From the NCBI GenBank assembly GCA_030295235.1, contig AP026149.1, forward strand, positions 682,001-746,000: a DNA stretch of 64,000 nucleotides. Reading direction: 5' to 3'. Below, one piece after another: positions 1 to 11,532 of this stretch; position 1 is the stretch's first letter, and each line of letters starts with the position of its first letter. Position numbers and translations under genes: made by a program. The notes beneath the pieces were generated by a model that was not told the origin of the DNA, did not search any database, and saw only the letters and a program-made list of their open reading frames with translations. This stretch comes from Fistulifera solaris. Taxonomy: Eukaryota.

Positions 1-306
1 TCCATTTTCACAACAAAAAGGCAAACTCAGCATTGGTTATTGCAACTTCCTTTTCATTGTTATTATCATCACTCTTTTTACTGCCTCATTGTCTCATCTC
101 AGTCAATTAGACTATTCGCCTTGTCACTGTACCTGTTGCATGCTTCGCAAGTCATTTGGAAAAGAATTGTACGGCATTTGCTTCCAGCGAGCGTGTTCAT
201 TGTTTGGGTTGCGTTACGTTATCTTTCCTCGCTTTCAGTGGCAGCATTTCTACCATCATCGCAACGGCAGAACTTTCATTCAAAATCTTTATCATCACGT
301 AACAAG

Positions 307-3201
307 ATGGACGACGAATTTGGGGATGCTTCCTTTTTAGACGACTTTGATGTCGAACAAGTGATTCACAAAAGCTATCCGAAGCCTGCTAAACACGATG
401 AAACTTCACCTGGCAACAAGCGGGAACCTACAAATGTCAATTCTTTCGAATCAAAAGACTATAGTAGCGAAAATACCCCTCAGAACACTAATAAACGTCT
501 CAAAGTCGAATCATCATCATCCTTCGATACTGCGCCTTCGAAATTAACAACAAACCAGAATCTTGCTTTTTCTTCCACATCATCCGGTCTACAAGCGACA
601 CTCCAACAATACTTTGGCTATTCGGAATTCCGTCCTGGGCAAGAACAAGTCATTGAGGCCATTGTATGTCAAAAACAAGATGTGGCCATCTTTTGGGCGA
701 CCGGTGCGGGAAAATCACTTTGTTATCAAATACCTCCGTTGCATTTGCAACAAGTCGCAATTGTAGTCAGTCCGCTCATTTCGTTAATGCAAGATCAAGT
801 GGCACAACTCAATGCGCGATCCGAGCAATCCTTGGCGGTCTTTTTGGGGTCGGCACAAACGGATGCTTCACTTGAAAAAAAGGCACTGCAAGGACACTTT
901 CCTTTGATTTATGTGACACCGGAAAAAATGAGTTCTTCGTTTCCGTCCCAGTTGGTGTCTTCCGGATTAGCGAGTCGCATTTGTCTGATTGCCGTAGATG
1001 AAGCGCATTGTGTTTCGGAATGGGGGCACGATTTTCGTCCCGATTATCGAATATTGGGTGAAACGCTGCGCACACGGCATCCTGCCTTGCGATCCATTCC
1101 AATTCTATCGTTGACGGCCACGGCGACGAGTCGTGTGATGACGGACATTGTCACGTCCTTACAACTCCGTACTCCGCTGATCACGCAACGATCGGTCGAT
1201 CGTTCCAATTTGCGCATTTCCATACAAAGTAAAACCAAAGATGTGGCAGGGACCTTTCGAGAATGGTGTCAGAAATGGAACAAGGCTACCGAGACAGTGC
1301 CCAGCACAATCATCTACGTCGCAACACGAAATCAAGTCGATCAGATTGCTGCACTGTTGCAACAAAACTTGAGTGCGTCGGTTCGGGTCGCCGCGTATCA
1401 TGCCGGACTGTCGGCGCAGCAACGGCAAACCGCGCACATGCAGTTCTTGACCGGTCAAGTGCCGATCATTGTGGCCACGGTGGCTTTTGGTATGGGCATT
1501 GACAAACCGGACATTCGAGAAATCATTCATTATGGTCCGCCCAAAACAGTCGAAGAGTATGCACAGCAAATTGGTCGTGCCGGTCGCGATGGTTTGTCCG
1601 CGCAGTGTACATTGATATATTCTCCGGCTGATTTCGACAAGTATTTGGGAGACTTTTATTTGGGACAATTGACCGACACGGCCAAACAAGTCACACGAAA
1701 AAGTATTCAAGCCTTCAAAGCCATGTGTCAGGATCATCGCTCGTGTCGGAGAAAGGTGTTGGTGGAGTATTTTCAACAGACACCCGAATTCGGAGATTGG
1801 TGTGGAACGTGCGACGTTTGTTTATCGCGTGACCAGTATGAAGGTGATCAAGAACGCGATTTCGGTGTCCCGGCGCGAATTCTCTTAACAGCTGTCCAAG
1901 CACTGAAGCGACAAGGTCTAGGCAACATTATGGCGGTGGCGAATGGGCAAGCGGTAGAAAAGTATCGATACGCGATTCAATTTCCGGGAATGCCTGCGAC
2001 TGTGCAGAACCAAATCAACGAATTGAAAGGAGATGAATCCAAATATACGGTCAAATATTTGAAAGAATTATTGCCAGGTTTGGTTCAATCTGGATACATT
2101 GCAGAATCAACCGAATCCAAACAATTATCAGGCTTTGCGAGACGGTGGACCGTATACGATATCACACCGCGTGGTCGCCAGGTGTTGCAAGATCGCGATT
2201 TACCTGTCCTTCTCCCGGTCCCTCAATCTGTTCGTGATCAAGAGAAACAAGAAGACGAACGGCGCCAGAAAGTATTGAAGGAACTTTGCAACAGGGGCTT
2301 AAAGAAAGAAACGCTCCCCGAAAGCGAGGTCAATGCTGGAGACGGAACTGTGATTCGGGCTTATTCCAAATGGTACAGTTTCATTGAAAGCGCTCGACGA
2401 CATTCAGAACAACGCGCGACGGATCTTGAAGAGCTATTAAAGCTAATCGAGGACTGGCGGTCGGAAACAGCCATCAAGCTTCGGATCGCTCCAGCATCGG
2501 TCCTAGCGGAACATTTGATGGTTTCGCTCGCCTATTCTGTTGCATCGTTACCACAGCATGTGACTTTGAATCGGGACATGGTCTTGGCGGCTGGTGTACG
2601 TACCGTTACTGTAGACGACTTGGTGGCATCGTGTTTACGGTGGCGGGAAAAGAGCAAGTTGGCGCAGCCGTCTGAAGGTGCTGATGCGAACACAAAGTCT
2701 ATGGTTCTGAGGACCATTCAATGTAAAACTTGGGAATTCGCAGTGTACAAACCACAAAAGAAGACAGGCAAAGCAACCTGGGAAAACTATTTTGATCGAT
2801 TCTATGCCGGAGAAAATCCTCTTGCGATTGCAATGGCTCCAGGAGATGGAAAGAAGCCAATTCAAGTACAAACAGTCGTTACTCATATTCTAGATGGTTG
2901 CTCGTTTGGTCGAGAAGTTGATCTGGAACGCCTTGCTGAATTCATGCCACCACCGAACGAAAAGCAGTGGGAAGAACTCCGCGCAGCCGAGCTTGCTACT
3001 GGTATGGATGTGTGCGGAGACCCCGAAACGAGTGGCCGAAACGGGGACAAATTTACCATGACGGAATTTTTGAAGCCTATTGTAGGTGAGAAAAGTGAAA
3101 ATATGGATAGGGTAGTGTTTGGTCATTGGTGCAATTACTTGAAGTGGTACATGACACTCCGTCGAGCGGGCTATGAGCCAACATTTGTAGACAGCATTTA
3201 G
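307..3201 (+). CDS. RecQ-family ATP-dependent DNA helicase (WRN-like, no exonuclease domain)
   Basis: Motifs FGYSEFRPGQ, ATGAGKSLCYQ, SPLISLMQDQV, DEAHCVSEWGHDFRPDY, ATVAFGMGID, QQIGRAGRDG; Zn-binding RQC cysteines (CRR..CGTCDVC); HRDC-like WRSETAIKLRIAPASVL. ATG at 307 preferred over the non-ATG ORF start at 40. Confidence 0.95.
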   Translation: MDDEFGDASFLDDFDVEQVIHKSYPKPAKHDETSPGNKREPTNVNSFESKDYSSENTPQNTNKRLKVESSSSFDTAPSKLTTNQNLAFSSTSSGLQATLQQYFGYSEFRPGQEQVIEAIVCQKQDVAIFWATGAGKSLCYQIPPLHLQQVAIVVSPLISLMQDQVAQLNARSEQSLAVFLGSAQTDASLEKKALQGHFPLIYVTPEKMSSSFPSQLVSSGLASRICLIAVDEAHCVSEWGHDFRPDYRILGETLRTRHPALRSIPILSLTATATSRVMTDIVTSLQLRTPLITQRSVDRSNLRISIQSKTKDVAGTFREWCQKWNKATETVPSTIIYVATRNQVDQIAALLQQNLSASVRVAAYHAGLSAQQRQTAHMQFLTGQVPIIVATVAFGMGIDKPDIREIIHYGPPKTVEEYAQQIGRAGRDGLSAQCTLIYSPADFDKYLGDFYLGQLTDTAKQVTRKSIQAFKAMCQDHRSCRRKVLVEYFQQTPEFGDWCGTCDVCLSRDQYEGDQERDFGVPARILLTAVQALKRQGLGNIMAVANGQAVEKYRYAIQFPGMPATVQNQINELKGDESKYTVKYLKELLPGLVQSGYIAESTESKQLSGFARRWTVYDITPRGRQVLQDRDLPVLLPVPQSVRDQEKQEDERRQKVLKELCNRGLKKETLPESEVNAGDGTVIRAYSKWYSFIESARRHSEQRATDLEELLKLIEDWRSETAIKLRIAPASVLAEHLMVSLAYSVASLPQHVTLNRDMVLAAGVRTVTVDDLVASCLRWREKSKLAQPSEGADANTKSMVLRTIQCKTWEFAVYKPQKKTGKATWENYFDRFYAGENPLAIAMAPGDGKKPIQVQTVVTHILDGCSFGREVDLERLAEFMPPPNEKQWEELRAAELATGMDVCGDPETSGRNGDKFTMTEFLKPIVGEKSENMDRVVFGHWCNYLKWYMTLRRAGYEPTFVDSI

Positions 3202-3779
3202 TCGCATGGTCAAATTGACCTAAATCTACAACAGATTGTGTTACATCAAGCAGTCTACCTTTCTGTAGGTTATGAGAAATATTGTCAAATGAGTGAGCCA
3301 AGCATGAACTTGGCGTGATTCGACCCGAAGTTCTGAGACACTGTTGCTTGTGGCACTTCGTTGCTTCTAAGTTTACGAAAGTTGTCCACTTCTCGCGCTT
3401 AAGCAAAACGGTCGTACCGAATTCTGTCGGGTGAATTCGATTACGGGAATCAGGGTCGCTATAACTTATAAAAGAAGCTAGCAAGCAACGCTATTTGACC
3501 TCAACGTAATCTCTCTAGAGTGGCTACTTGTAATTGCTCATGACTGAGGATTTTCAGTCGTATTCAATCTGACTGTACCAGTAACCTTATTGCATGATGA
3601 CGACGACTGACTCATTCATCGCGTCACAAATTTCCAAACGACAACAACCATGGTAAAATCAATCTGGAAATGAAGTTCCTGACAATGATTCATATTCATT
3701 TCATAATCAAGCTCGATTTTGTTCAGCAGGTCTGATTTGGCTTTGAATCCGGTTTTACATCGATACTGCCTTTGCAGCA

Positions 3780-4563
3780 ATGGTGACTACTCCCTCTCAA
3801 AGACTCGACAGTCTCTTCTCTTTGGCCATCTTGTTACTATCGATTCGATCTGTGTGGAGCTGGAATAATGAATGCTCTTCTTCCATTTCTTCGCATCAAA
3901 GAAGGCGGCTGTTCACCTTCATGGGTGCATCTGTTCCCTTTCTGACACAGCCTCCTGCGGACGCCGTCGATGAACTCTTTCGAAAAAACCCATTGACCAA
4001 TCCTCTTTTAGAACAAATTCGTATTTGGGAACAAAACGAGGCCGATAATATCAAATACGACGGAGAACTGGAGCGTGGAGAAGCAGGTAAATTGAATCCC
4101 GTATATTCCAAGATGCTGGTACCGATCTTGGAGATTTCCGACGATTTGGGAAAGCATCGATCGTCTCTTGGCGAAAGATACCTCACGCGAGGCCCTGGAG
4201 GGCGTACAGAGTATCATTCGTCAAAAACGATACGAAAAGATTGAATTTAAAAAGATTTTTAATGCGTACGGTGACAACATCTACTACTCCGATCCTGATC
4301 GTGCAAATATGTATTTGGGAGGAGGTGCAACACCCAAAAACGAACAAACTCTGGCCTATCTGCAACGCAATGAAATTTTGACGAATGTGGAAGATCTGCA
4401 AGCAGAAATTGCATTTTTATTAAAGAACAGAGAAGAATCACCGGAAGATGCCGTCAATTTGGCTAAGAACGCGTGCCAAGCGATGCGTCTGTATCTTGAG
4501 GTAGTGCCTCCGTCAGAACTGAAAGAAGCGAGAGAGTTACTAAAGCATCAAGCATCTGGATGA
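3780..4563 (+). CDS. Putative plastid thylakoid-lumen protein of unknown function (one frameshift ~4148-4150)
   Basis: Hydrophobic signal peptide, Ser-rich transit region, RRRL + hydrophobic stretch + ADA cleavage-like motif. Removing one G from TTGGG joins ORFs 3780-4244 and 4168-4563 (DLESIDRLLAKDT). Confidence 0.65.
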
Positions 4564-4669
4564 GCCAAAAACATTGACATTAAATTCGCTATTCCGCTTA
4601 AAGAGTGTCTCATATTCAGATCATGTAGCGTTATTCACTTGCGTTTACTTTCTGTCACTGAATTATAGT

Positions 4670-5286
4670 TTAAGAAACGATTCGAATGATAGTACTTCGA
4701 ATAATATCCAATATTTCGTCAATTGCAGCTTCAGGGAATCGTGACAAACTCGGAATAAGAGCAACCGCTTCTTCTACCATGGTATCGGTAGCAACTAAAT
4801 TCATTAACGCGGCGACTTCGGCGGGATGCAGTTCCTGTTCGTCGCCGTCCTCCGTTTCTTTTCGAAACGCGGTAAGTGCACTGCGTGATGCATCCATGCA
4901 ACCAATGGTTAGAATTGAATGATGAAGAAAACAAAACAGTGTTTGCTGGTATAATTGCATGCAAGAACAATGAAAGAAGAAAAAGCAAACATGATCACGC
5001 AATCATTTGACGCTCAAACGTGAACTTACTCTTGTAAATTATCCAACTCATCGACAACTTCTTGATGTTCCTTTTCCGGATTCGTCATGGAAGTGAAACG
5101 ATTGACGTATCGTTGTACTTTGCGATAAACATCATTCAATTCTTCATCTCTTGAAACGGCATAGCCCGCGGATGCTTGAAGGATGACAGCGACTTGTGCA
5201 TTACTGAGGATATGAATGTCTTGAAATTCTTTGCCGAGCTGCAACTCGGCTACATTTTCAATCGGTGCCGTCGCGTCTTCCACCAT
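4670..5286 (-). CDS. RPB4: RNA polymerase II subunit RPB4, 2 exons (intron 4881-5029)
   Basis: ENVAELQLGKEF..LSNAQV..YVNRF and LHPAEVAALMNL..EEAVALIPSL motifs; GTAAGT...CAG intron gives the in-frame join NLQD-ALTAF. Confidence 0.9.
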
Positions 5287-6122
5287 TCTCGTTTGCTAAT
5301 TGATTCAACTTGTAAGTATTTAATTATTAGTTGTTAATAAAATAATGAGAGAAAAAGATGCGTTATCGTTGCGCTGCAATACTTTGTACTTAAGTGATAT
5401 TTTACACCGACCTATGTAACTGTAACGTTTTCCACAATTACTACGTATTAAGGTTGAGATTCTTTGGAATCACACTCACTATAGGCCTAAATGTTGACGA
5501 CCTATTTTCAAGACTGCGTTCAGTCATGAGTCATGAGTTATCATTCTTTCGAGCCTTAGGCAACAAGAAACTCTGCTCTACCTAAGTCGTTTTCTAGCTT
5601 GGCTAGCTACATTTCCTTACCGTGATTTATTTTCGGCAGCATTTGCCATGTGACCATCCAATATTTATGTTGTGATCACACTTTTCCGCCTATGAGGCGT
5701 CCACACACTCCACTCAAAGACTAGTCCAAGCCAAAAGGAAAAACAATCTTGCCCAGGACTCTAAAAATAGTCCTACTAGATACGACTTGTGAGTTTCATG
5801 CAGAGAAATCTAACCGACTGCACAAGTTTCAAAAAAAAATTGAAGGCTCGTGACTTGTGACGGTAAGTAACCTTTACCCCTAAACAATTTAGACCAGATA
5901 GAGTATTGCTCCAGAGTAGAAAATAAGGATAAGGAATACAATGTATTGAATTCGAGGCCCAACGCCGAACAGACCAGCAGCAGCAAACTCACAACTCCAC
6001 AAAAAGCAGCCTTCGCAACCCTACAACGCGGGGGGAAACTGATTATTTTGAGAAAACAAATGCCCAATTATTTCTGATAGACTCTCTTTCCTAGTAATGA
6101 ATGTGATTTACTAAGAAATCGC

Positions 6123-7391
6123 TTACGCATTCAAGGGCTTGCGAATGTAAGCATCAATGTCAACCGGTGCCCACACATTCGTCTTTTTGCCGTCTTGAAG
6201 CTCGATGCGGTACGCATTTCCTTCATCCCAGTGTCCCAGCACCTTGCCTTTCACAAACTTGCCCACGTTTGCTTCGACTGTAGAACCTACAGCGAAGCGC
6301 AAGGGGTGATCGACTTTGCAAGCTAGAAAGCCTTCGCGATACATGTCGTGATCGAGATTCTTGCCGATGAACACAAAGCGCGATTCACGCTTTTCATTCT
6401 TGCCCCAACAATATTCACTAAAGCCTCCGGTGAACATCATGCCGACACCTTGAAAGACGAACTTCTGATCCATACCCTTGACAGAAATGATGCCCTTGTA
6501 GCGGTACAAGTTAGCACCGTCTCCGCCGATCAGACGATCAATCCAGCTTTCGAGCAAGGTCATGTTGACGTCGCCTTCAACTTTGACTCCGACAGACGAA
6601 ACAGTCTTGTCATGTTCATGCTCTCCATCTTCGTTCAAAAACTCGGGGTCAAAGTCAAGAACGCGTTTGAGCTCGAATGCTTGTAGATTCAGGACATCCT
6701 TGGGAGAGATGACCGAATGCTTCGTTCGCTGAATCGGAGCTGTAGGATTGATGGTACGGAGCTTGGCTTCAATCTTTTCCAGCTCTGTATCTGTCGACAA
6801 GTCAATCTTGTTCAATAAGATTTTGTCAGCAAACGCCACTTGCTCGGCGGCTTCGTTCTCGGCTCCTTCCGGCTTTTTCTTCCGCGAGTCGTTCCATGAT
6901 ATACTTGCTGTCGACCACGGTGATCACTGAATCGAGGCGATACTTCTTACCAATGTCTTCATCGACAAAGAAAGTTTGGCAGACGGGGCAGGATCTGCCA
7001 GACCAGTCGTCTCGATGATAACACCATTGAATTGGGAGACGCGCTCGTAGAGAGACTTGAGGGCCTTGACGAGATCACCGCGCACGGTACAGCAGATACA
7101 GCCATTCATGACTTCAATGATTTCTTCGTCGACATTCTCGCTCAGAGTCTTCTCGTCCACGCCAACTTCACCGAATTCGTTCTCAATCACGGCAAACTTC
7201 ATTCCATGTGTTGTGTCATTCAAGATGGAATTCAGTAGGGTCGTTTTCCCGGAACCTAGGAACCCGGTGATGATTGTTACCGGGATAATGGGTGCTTTGC
7301 CTTTCTTCCATATTCCGTTGGTATGATTCACGTCTTTCTTTTGCTTCTTGTTAGGTTTGTTGTCGACCATGATGGTATTTTTGTGGGGCAT
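6123..7391 (-). CDS. COG0523/CobW-family (ZNG1-like) metallochaperone GTPase with extra C-terminal domain; frameshifts ~6986 and ~6875
   Basis: TGFLGSGKTT, ENEFG, GCICCTVRGDL, IETTGLADPAP, QVAFADKILLNKIDL, CobW_C (LYRYKG..FQGV..FVFIGKNLD). Confidence 0.92.
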
Positions 7392-7933
7392 TTGTCATGG
7401 AAAATTTATTGGATGGTGAATGAGACTTTTGTAACTCGAAGAGCCTACATAAAGCCTCTGCTTCGATCAGGCTTCCAAAAAATAGCTCGACAAGGCTAAA
7501 ACGCATGGCCTAATGCTTGTTATTTCAAGTTCTTTAGTCGACAACTCCGTATCGTAATGATTAATCGGCAAATACTGTTGGTTCCAGTACTGTAACGTGT
7601 ATTTTAACATCCTTTGGTGTCGCTTTGTATTTGCTCCACCTGCTTTGCCGCCTACGGCTTATTTGCTGATGTTTACCAGACCAGCCGTAAAGAGCCTATT
7701 CGTGACAAATGAATAAACAGGCAGGATCCAAATCCACGATGAGTGCCCCTCTTCTTTTTTGAAAAAATTCAAAAGAACACTGGTGCCAATCGCGTTTCGA
7801 GTTAGCGCCCTGCTAGTGCTCCTTGGTCGGCAATATTGAGGTGGCTGAGAGTGCTTTGTCCTCATTTTTGCTGGGGATAATTTTTTCTTTTGGTCATTAT
7901 CTAGTTTTCAATGGCATAGCGCGTTTTTTCTTT

Positions 7934-9587
7934 TCATCCCTTTCTAGCCGTCACCACGTACAAAGGATCTCCAGTAATCTTCTCGTTACGATCACGGGCA
8001 CTCAAATCAATGGCTTGTATAGACTTGAATCCACCCTGAGAAAAATGCAAGTAACAAGCCACTGTATAAGCATGGTCCACATCATCGGCACCGGTCCAGA
8101 TCGCCACAGCTTTCTGTAAAAACAATCGATTTGAAAAAAGAATGTGGACTGTACCACCCGATTTGATTACGCGACCGATTTCTTGACACACTTGAAGTGG
8201 CTGTGTAAGATAATCGATAGACAGTTGACACAAGACTGTATCGAACGTGGCGTCCGCGTATGGAAGGGTTGGCTTTTGATTCAAATCCTGTACCGTATAA
8301 TCTGACAAAGAGGGATTGGCTTTTAATTCTTGAGCATTCATCCCAAGGCCCACGACACGAACGGCCTTCGTGAATTGTAGGATCTAAATGACTCGTCCAA
8401 CTACTGCACAAATCCAATATATTTCCCTTGGCAACCGACGAAACATAGCTAGTCAATCGTTGTACAGCGGCTTCGTCAATATGTTCCACAAAGCGGGGAA
8501 TTTGGTAAAACTGCTCATCCGGTTTTGAATCCAATCGCTGAAAGTCACTACTGGAGGAGAAGGGGTTTTCGACATTAATCCAGTCTTGTGGAATTGCTGC
8601 GGCAATTTCTCCTTTTTCTGGAAACGAAATCCCTGTTTTCTTGTCCATATAAGTGGCTTCACTACGTTGTGGTAAGGAAAGTGACAGGGAGACGAAAAGC
8701 GCACCATTCAGAAATTGCTGTCGCGAGAGACCCAATCGCGCTTGTACCGGCTTTGTTGTTGTTCGATGCCACGCACAAGGACCCAGCTGATTCAAAATAT
8801 TAAGATGATGTGAGGTTGGATATCCTCCGTGTTCTGCAAAGGCGTAATCCGGAAATGTAGCCGCCGCCTGTTGAACGAGTTGATCGCGGACGACACGCGC
8901 CAAGATCGAAGCCAAGGCGACGGTGTAGACACATTGATCACCCTGCGTCCATGGCCGTGACGGAATAACCAACTGCGCTGGAGATCGCTTGCCATCGACA
9001 ATACTGTAAAGAGACTTTTCTTGGAAAGCTTCATGGGTAGCCAGTGTTTGAATTGATTCCGTAAAGGCACTCATACAAGCCGCATGCACACCTAATACAT
9101 CAATTTGTTGATTGTCGCGAATGGCGTACGTCCAAGCGTATGTTTGTGGATTGTCGCAAACATGTTGATACACTTGTTGTCGTAGTTCACTATTCACTAA
9201 TTTACTATCCGCAACACCCGGCAGTGTCACGGGCTGCAACAAACACACACTTGCCGTAACGATCGGTCCAGCAATACATCCGCCTCCGGAATCGTCGCTG
9301 CCGATAATATACGAATATGTCTTCCATAAATCCTGTTCGATTTGCAACAAATCCTTGAGTCGTCGTTGAGATAACGGACGAAGTTTCTGTCGATTCTGTC
9401 GTGATGAGTGATTCGCGAGTGCCGTTGCTACTTGTAAAATAGTGCTGGTTATAGCATACAGGAAAAAGAAAATTAGCAACTGTCTGGGGAATGTATTAGC
9501 GACGTAGCGGAGGCGAAGTGATGTATCTTTGTTCTTGACGAGCGAGTATGCTGTTACTGCTGCTTTTCGATCATGAGAGGCACGCAT
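7934..9587 (-). CDS. Fusion of RNase HII-like domain and class I SAM methyltransferase (Methyltransf_11-like); frameshift ~8370; start uncertain
   Basis: RNase HII: IGSDDSGGGCIAGP, VADSK, IVDG, GD..VALASILARVVRD, HGGYPT..H, GP..WHR. Methyltransferase: RLD..PDEQFY..PRFVEHID, LDLCSSWTSHL, GLGMNAQEL..N, QDLN..P.LPY.DATFD, SIDYLTQP, FSNRLF..KA. The RNase domain and the start of the MTase lie in one ORF (8082-9614). Confidence 0.85.
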
Positions 9588-10194
9588 CAAAGGCGAAATC
9601 GTGTCTCCGAACACAAAGAGGACGAGAAGTTACGTATTTCAGTCCAAGTAGAAAGTTCGATCTTAATGTATGGATCGAACGCAACAAATCCCAAGTATTG
9701 TCAAAAGAAAACTGCAACATGCGACGCGCTGCGGTCGGCACTTTGCCGGGACTGCAAAATGGGTCAATCCCACTTTCTACGCGATAACAAACGTTAACGG
9801 AGACTTTTACGGATGCCATTGATGAAAAATTGTTCCTGCTAAAGCATCAACATTTATAATAATTGATAACAAGAATGATAGGTCCAAGACGACTGATTTA
9901 GACCAGTTCATAAGTCGTTGTGACGACTCAGTGAAAGGAATGCGGTAGATCATACTCAGGACTCAGGACTGAAAAGCAGTCCTGTTAAAGTTAAGGCCTA
10001 CTTTTTACCACTATAGTAAAACCCCGTGTGAAATTCAAAACGTTCTTTGAAGCATGTGAAGCAGACGGAAATCTTGTCTGATGTGTCTGGGTAAGAATAA
10101 AAAACTTACCAGTCGAGACGGAACGCAAAGCCAAACCTCGTCGTTCATTTACGAGCAACATGCCCTTTGACATTCGCCGCCTTCTTCACTGTAA

Positions 10195-11205
10195 ATGACA
10201 AAGCCATCAACTATTTTATCGGATGACACTCAAGAGAAAAGCACTGTCGAAATTTGTGACAAGATAGTCCTTTTGCTGTGCGGTTTGCCTGGTGCAGGAA
10301 AGAGCACTCTGGCGAGACAGTTCATTGATGAAAAGGATGCGTCTTTTTCTACCGCTCTGATAGAATACGATGATCTACAAGATTCGCTAATAATAAGGGG
10401 GAGAAGCTTCTGAAGGACAGCATACGCTTCAAGCCTGGAAATCCAGTCGAACTTTGGCGCTTCAAACACTTTCCGAACGACTCGAAGATTCGACTACAAA
10501 ACTCCTTTTCTGGACGATAATTTTTACTTACAAAGTATGCGCAAACAAATTTATCAAATATGTCAGAATCATGTCATTGCAAGCAGTAACAACAATCAGC
10601 AGCGAGTTATTCATTTCGGCTTGATTTGGATGGATACTACGGTCGATGTATGCCTCGAACGCAATCAACAACGACCACATCCACGAAGAGTACCAGATAC
10701 AGTCATTCATAATATACAACACAAATGGGAAGCACCGGGAGAAAAAGGGTTTGTTTGGGAAAAGTCAATTTTGAGACTAAATGGATTAGACTCTCGTTCG
10801 ATGCATCTACAACTCTTACAGCAATATCTAATGTCGAAGGAATTTGTTTTGGTGTTACCCCGTGAAGATCCGGCCTTGGAAGAAGCTCGTGTTGCTGCCG
10901 CGCGACAAGAAACGCAAGCATCCCGAGCCCATCAACTCGATCAATATCTAAGATGTTGTGTACGAACAGTCGCACGACATCAAAAGCAGTGTGTCGGACC
11001 GGCCAATCAATGTCGTAAGCGCTTACTGACGGAACTGAAACAAAAGCCGGATTGGACGCTTGTCGATCTAGAAGAGGTTTTTGTCGGTCAAATGAAACAA
11101 ATGACGGCCTCATTGTCTGTGGATTGGGACGCTCTTCAGTCAATTCTGAGTCGGGAACTTTGGACCAAGCATATTGAGTTATTTGGACACGATGTTTTGA
11201 AGTGA
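10195..11205 (+). CDS. PSTK: L-seryl-tRNA(Sec) kinase (PSTK/KTI12-like P-loop kinase); frameshift in G run ~10397-10401
   Basis: LCGLPGAGKSTLA, IEYDD, LDDNFYLQSMRK (read in the corrected frame), CLERNQQR..VP..VI, EAP..WEK. Confidence 0.82.
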
Positions 11206-11532
11206 GTCTTCTATTATGTGAAGAGAGTGGGGAATATATTTGGTGGTGTTAGAATTAGTATTGTAATGTCGCAACTTGGTTGTCGTTAGGTTTGTTGCTC
11301 CTTCCATCGAATCTGAATGGAATGACCTATTACTCCCTATAAAAAATCTGCGATCATAAGTACTTAGTTACTTAGTATTTCGTCTCCGTTGAGCGCTTAA
11401 GTGAGAAACAAAAACTACGATCGTACCGTTCTATGTGACCACCTAACGAATGTTTCAACGGATATCTCGCGTTTCAGATGTCTCTGAACTTCTTCTGAAA
11501 ACGCTAAACACTTCTTCGTCACAAATTGAAAT

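Noticed and set aside
40..306. 89-aa N-terminal extension of the RecQ ORF
   Set aside because: Begins at a non-ATG codon; the ATG at 307 gives a typical acidic N-terminus. An organellar targeting extension cannot be excluded but is unsupported.
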